64,000 nt of DNA from Candidatus Moraniibacteriota bacterium (GTDB taxonomy: Bacteria; Patescibacteriota; Minisyncoccia; Moranbacterales; UBA1568), in contig JBATNG010000045.1 in the NCBI GenBank assembly GCA_049290235.1, forward strand, positions 12,717 to 76,716. Direction: 5' to 3'. The first letter of the stretch is position 1. The number at the start of each line of letters is the position of its first letter. The notes beneath the pieces are model-generated. The model saw nothing but the letters and a program-made list of their open reading frames with translations, ran no database searches and was not told where the DNA came from. The position numbers and the translations under genes were made by a program. Shown piece by piece: positions 62,883-64,000 of the stretch.

Positions 62883-63674
62883 ATGGCCAAACGCATTTTC
62901 CCGGAAAGTCAGCTCGCTCACCACTACCTCGACGGACTGTCCGGACTAGAGATCGGTGCGTCGGCGCATAATCCGTTCGGTCTCACGACGCAGAATGTCG
63001 ACATCGCGGATGAGTTCAATCGGAGTACCTACAAGAAGCGTGAGCTCGACATTTCGGGTGAGGTGGCGCCGATCGACATCATCGCGCCGGGGGACACATT
63101 GCCCGTACCGGATGCTTCGGTAGATTTCGTCATCTCGTCGCATGTCCTCGAGCATTTTGCGGATCCGATTGCCGCGCTGCTTGAGTGGTACCGCGTCGTC
63201 CGATCGGGTGGGTATGTCTATCTGATCGTGCCGCACCGGGAGCGCACGTTTGATCGCGTCAAACCGGCGACGACTTTTACCAATCTCCGAGCCCGGCATG
63301 CTGGGACCGAAGCCGTCACGCCGGACCCCGAAACTGGGCACTGCAGTTACTGGGTGACCGAGGACGTTATCGAGTTGGTGCGCGGCATCGGACTGGATTG
63401 GGCACTGGTTGATTTCCAGGACACGGATGATAAGATAGGGAACGGCTTTGCGGTCGTCCTTCGCAAGGGGGCACTCACAGTCGAGGAGCGCGAGCGTATC
63501 GACGCCAAGTGGGCGGCGCACCTCGCGAAGCGCCAAGTGTTTACTGAGTCGTTCTTCCGACCAGGATCGCCGGTAGGGCGGGCGGCGGAGCTCGTGGGCA
63601 ATGCGTACCGTGAAATCATTCGCAGTGGACCAGCAGGACTCTTTCGACGGATCAAGGAATTTATCCATAAATAA
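62883..63674 (+). CDS. class I SAM-dependent methyltransferase
   Basis: LDGLSGLEIGAS (motif I-like), VDFVISSHVLEHFADP, LRVVRSGGYVYLIVP (Methyltransf_11/23-like). Confidence 0.75.
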   Translation: MAKRIFPESQLAHHYLDGLSGLEIGASAHNPFGLTTQNVDIADEFNRSTYKKRELDISGEVAPIDIIAPGDTLPVPDASVDFVISSHVLEHFADPIAALLEWYRVVRSGGYVYLIVPHRERTFDRVKPATTFTNLRARHAGTEAVTPDPETGHCSYWVTEDVIELVRGIGLDWALVDFQDTDDKIGNGFAVVLRKGALTVEERERIDAKWAAHLAKRQVFTESFFRPGSPVGRAAELVGNAYREIIRSGPAGLFRRIKEFIHK

Positions 63675-63715
63675 TCATGATGAGTATGGCAGGGAAAAGG
63701 ACTGCGAAGAAGGTG

Positions 63716-64000
63716 ATGAAGAAGAATCTCAAAGTCCTCATCACAGGTGGTGCTGGTTTCATTGGATCGGCGACCGCCAAGGCACTCATGGACCGTGGTG
63801 ATACAGCAATCCTCATCGACAATTTCAACGACTACTATGATCCGCGGATCAAGGAGGCCCGGATCAAGAAGTTTCTGAAGGACTACAAGGGCTATTTTAA
63901 ACTGTATCGTGGCGATATCTGCGACCGGGCATTCCTGGAAAAGCTCTTCAAAAAAGAGCGGCCGGACAAAGTCATCCACCTCGCAGCGATGGCGGGAGTG
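63716..64000 (+). CDS. NAD-dependent epimerase/dehydratase (UDP-sugar 4-epimerase-like), N-terminal fragment running off the window
   Basis: MKKNLKVLITGGAGFIGSATAKALMDRGD...YYDPRIKEAR...KVIHLAAMAGV is a Rossmann GxxGxxG N-terminus of SDR-extended epimerases. GAAGGTG lies upstream. An in-frame ATG also exists at 63677. Confidence 0.8.
   Translation, partial: MKKNLKVLITGGAGFIGSATAKALMDRGDTAILIDNFNDYYDPRIKEARIKKFLKDYKGYFKLYRGDICDRAFLEKLFKKERPDKVIHLAAMAGV

Noticed and set aside
1-64000. CRISPR arrays, rRNA genes, transposases/integrases, prophage
   Set aside because: No regularly spaced direct repeats, no rRNA-like conserved stretches, and no recognisable transposase or integrase ORFs were seen. 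The only tRNA is tRNA-Gln at 8245-8316.

Overview
The window reads as a gene-dense, fairly GC-rich (about 55%) bacterial chromosome segment with about 75 protein genes, one tRNA-Gln, no rRNA, no CRISPR array and no transposase or integrase. A reduced-genome uncultivated lineage such as Patescibacteria is possible, but that is a guess, not something the sequence shows.

Recognisable housekeeping content:
- the end of rplJ followed by rplL
- a CPA1 cation/proton antiporter, DedA, cspA, dnaX, mnmA, mutY, lgt, proS
- an archaeal-type UMP kinase, dus, ispH, korAB, pyrC and pyrD
- xseA fused to an HRDC domain, with xseB
- a riboflavin island (ribE, ribH) in which RibF is split into a stand-alone kinase and a divergent FMN-adenylyltransferase-like gene
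- a complete minus-strand suf operon (rrf2, sufC, sufB, sufD, sufS, sufU, ferredoxin, sufT) with its promoter and a structured 5' UTR

Accessory and unusual content:
- A co-directional module at 11.6-16.4 kb: a sigma-70 region 4 plus HARE-HTH DNA-binding protein, then an N-terminally membrane-anchored 425-aa protein, then a soluble TrwB/VirD4/TraD-like coupling ATPase. The ATPase carries a long Pro/Ala/Thr linker and a C-terminal CxxC...CxxC zinc ribbon. This is the best candidate for an undescribed DNA-transfer or uptake-like system.
- Tandem secreted Cys-containing paralogs with an ESNWG motif.
- An active HtrA beside a paralog that has lost the whole catalytic triad.
- A membrane-anchored Hsp100/Clp-like ATPase with a degenerate first nucleotide-binding domain, inside a cell-envelope glycosylation cluster (three GT4 genes, a putative GT-C, a methyltransferase and an epimerase).
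- An AATCACG x4 heptamer repeat inside one glycosyltransferase gene.
- A MITE-like inverted-repeat element with a second partial copy 38 kb away.
- A recurrent TGGTATACT extended -10 motif.
- An inverted tRNA 3'-end fragment.
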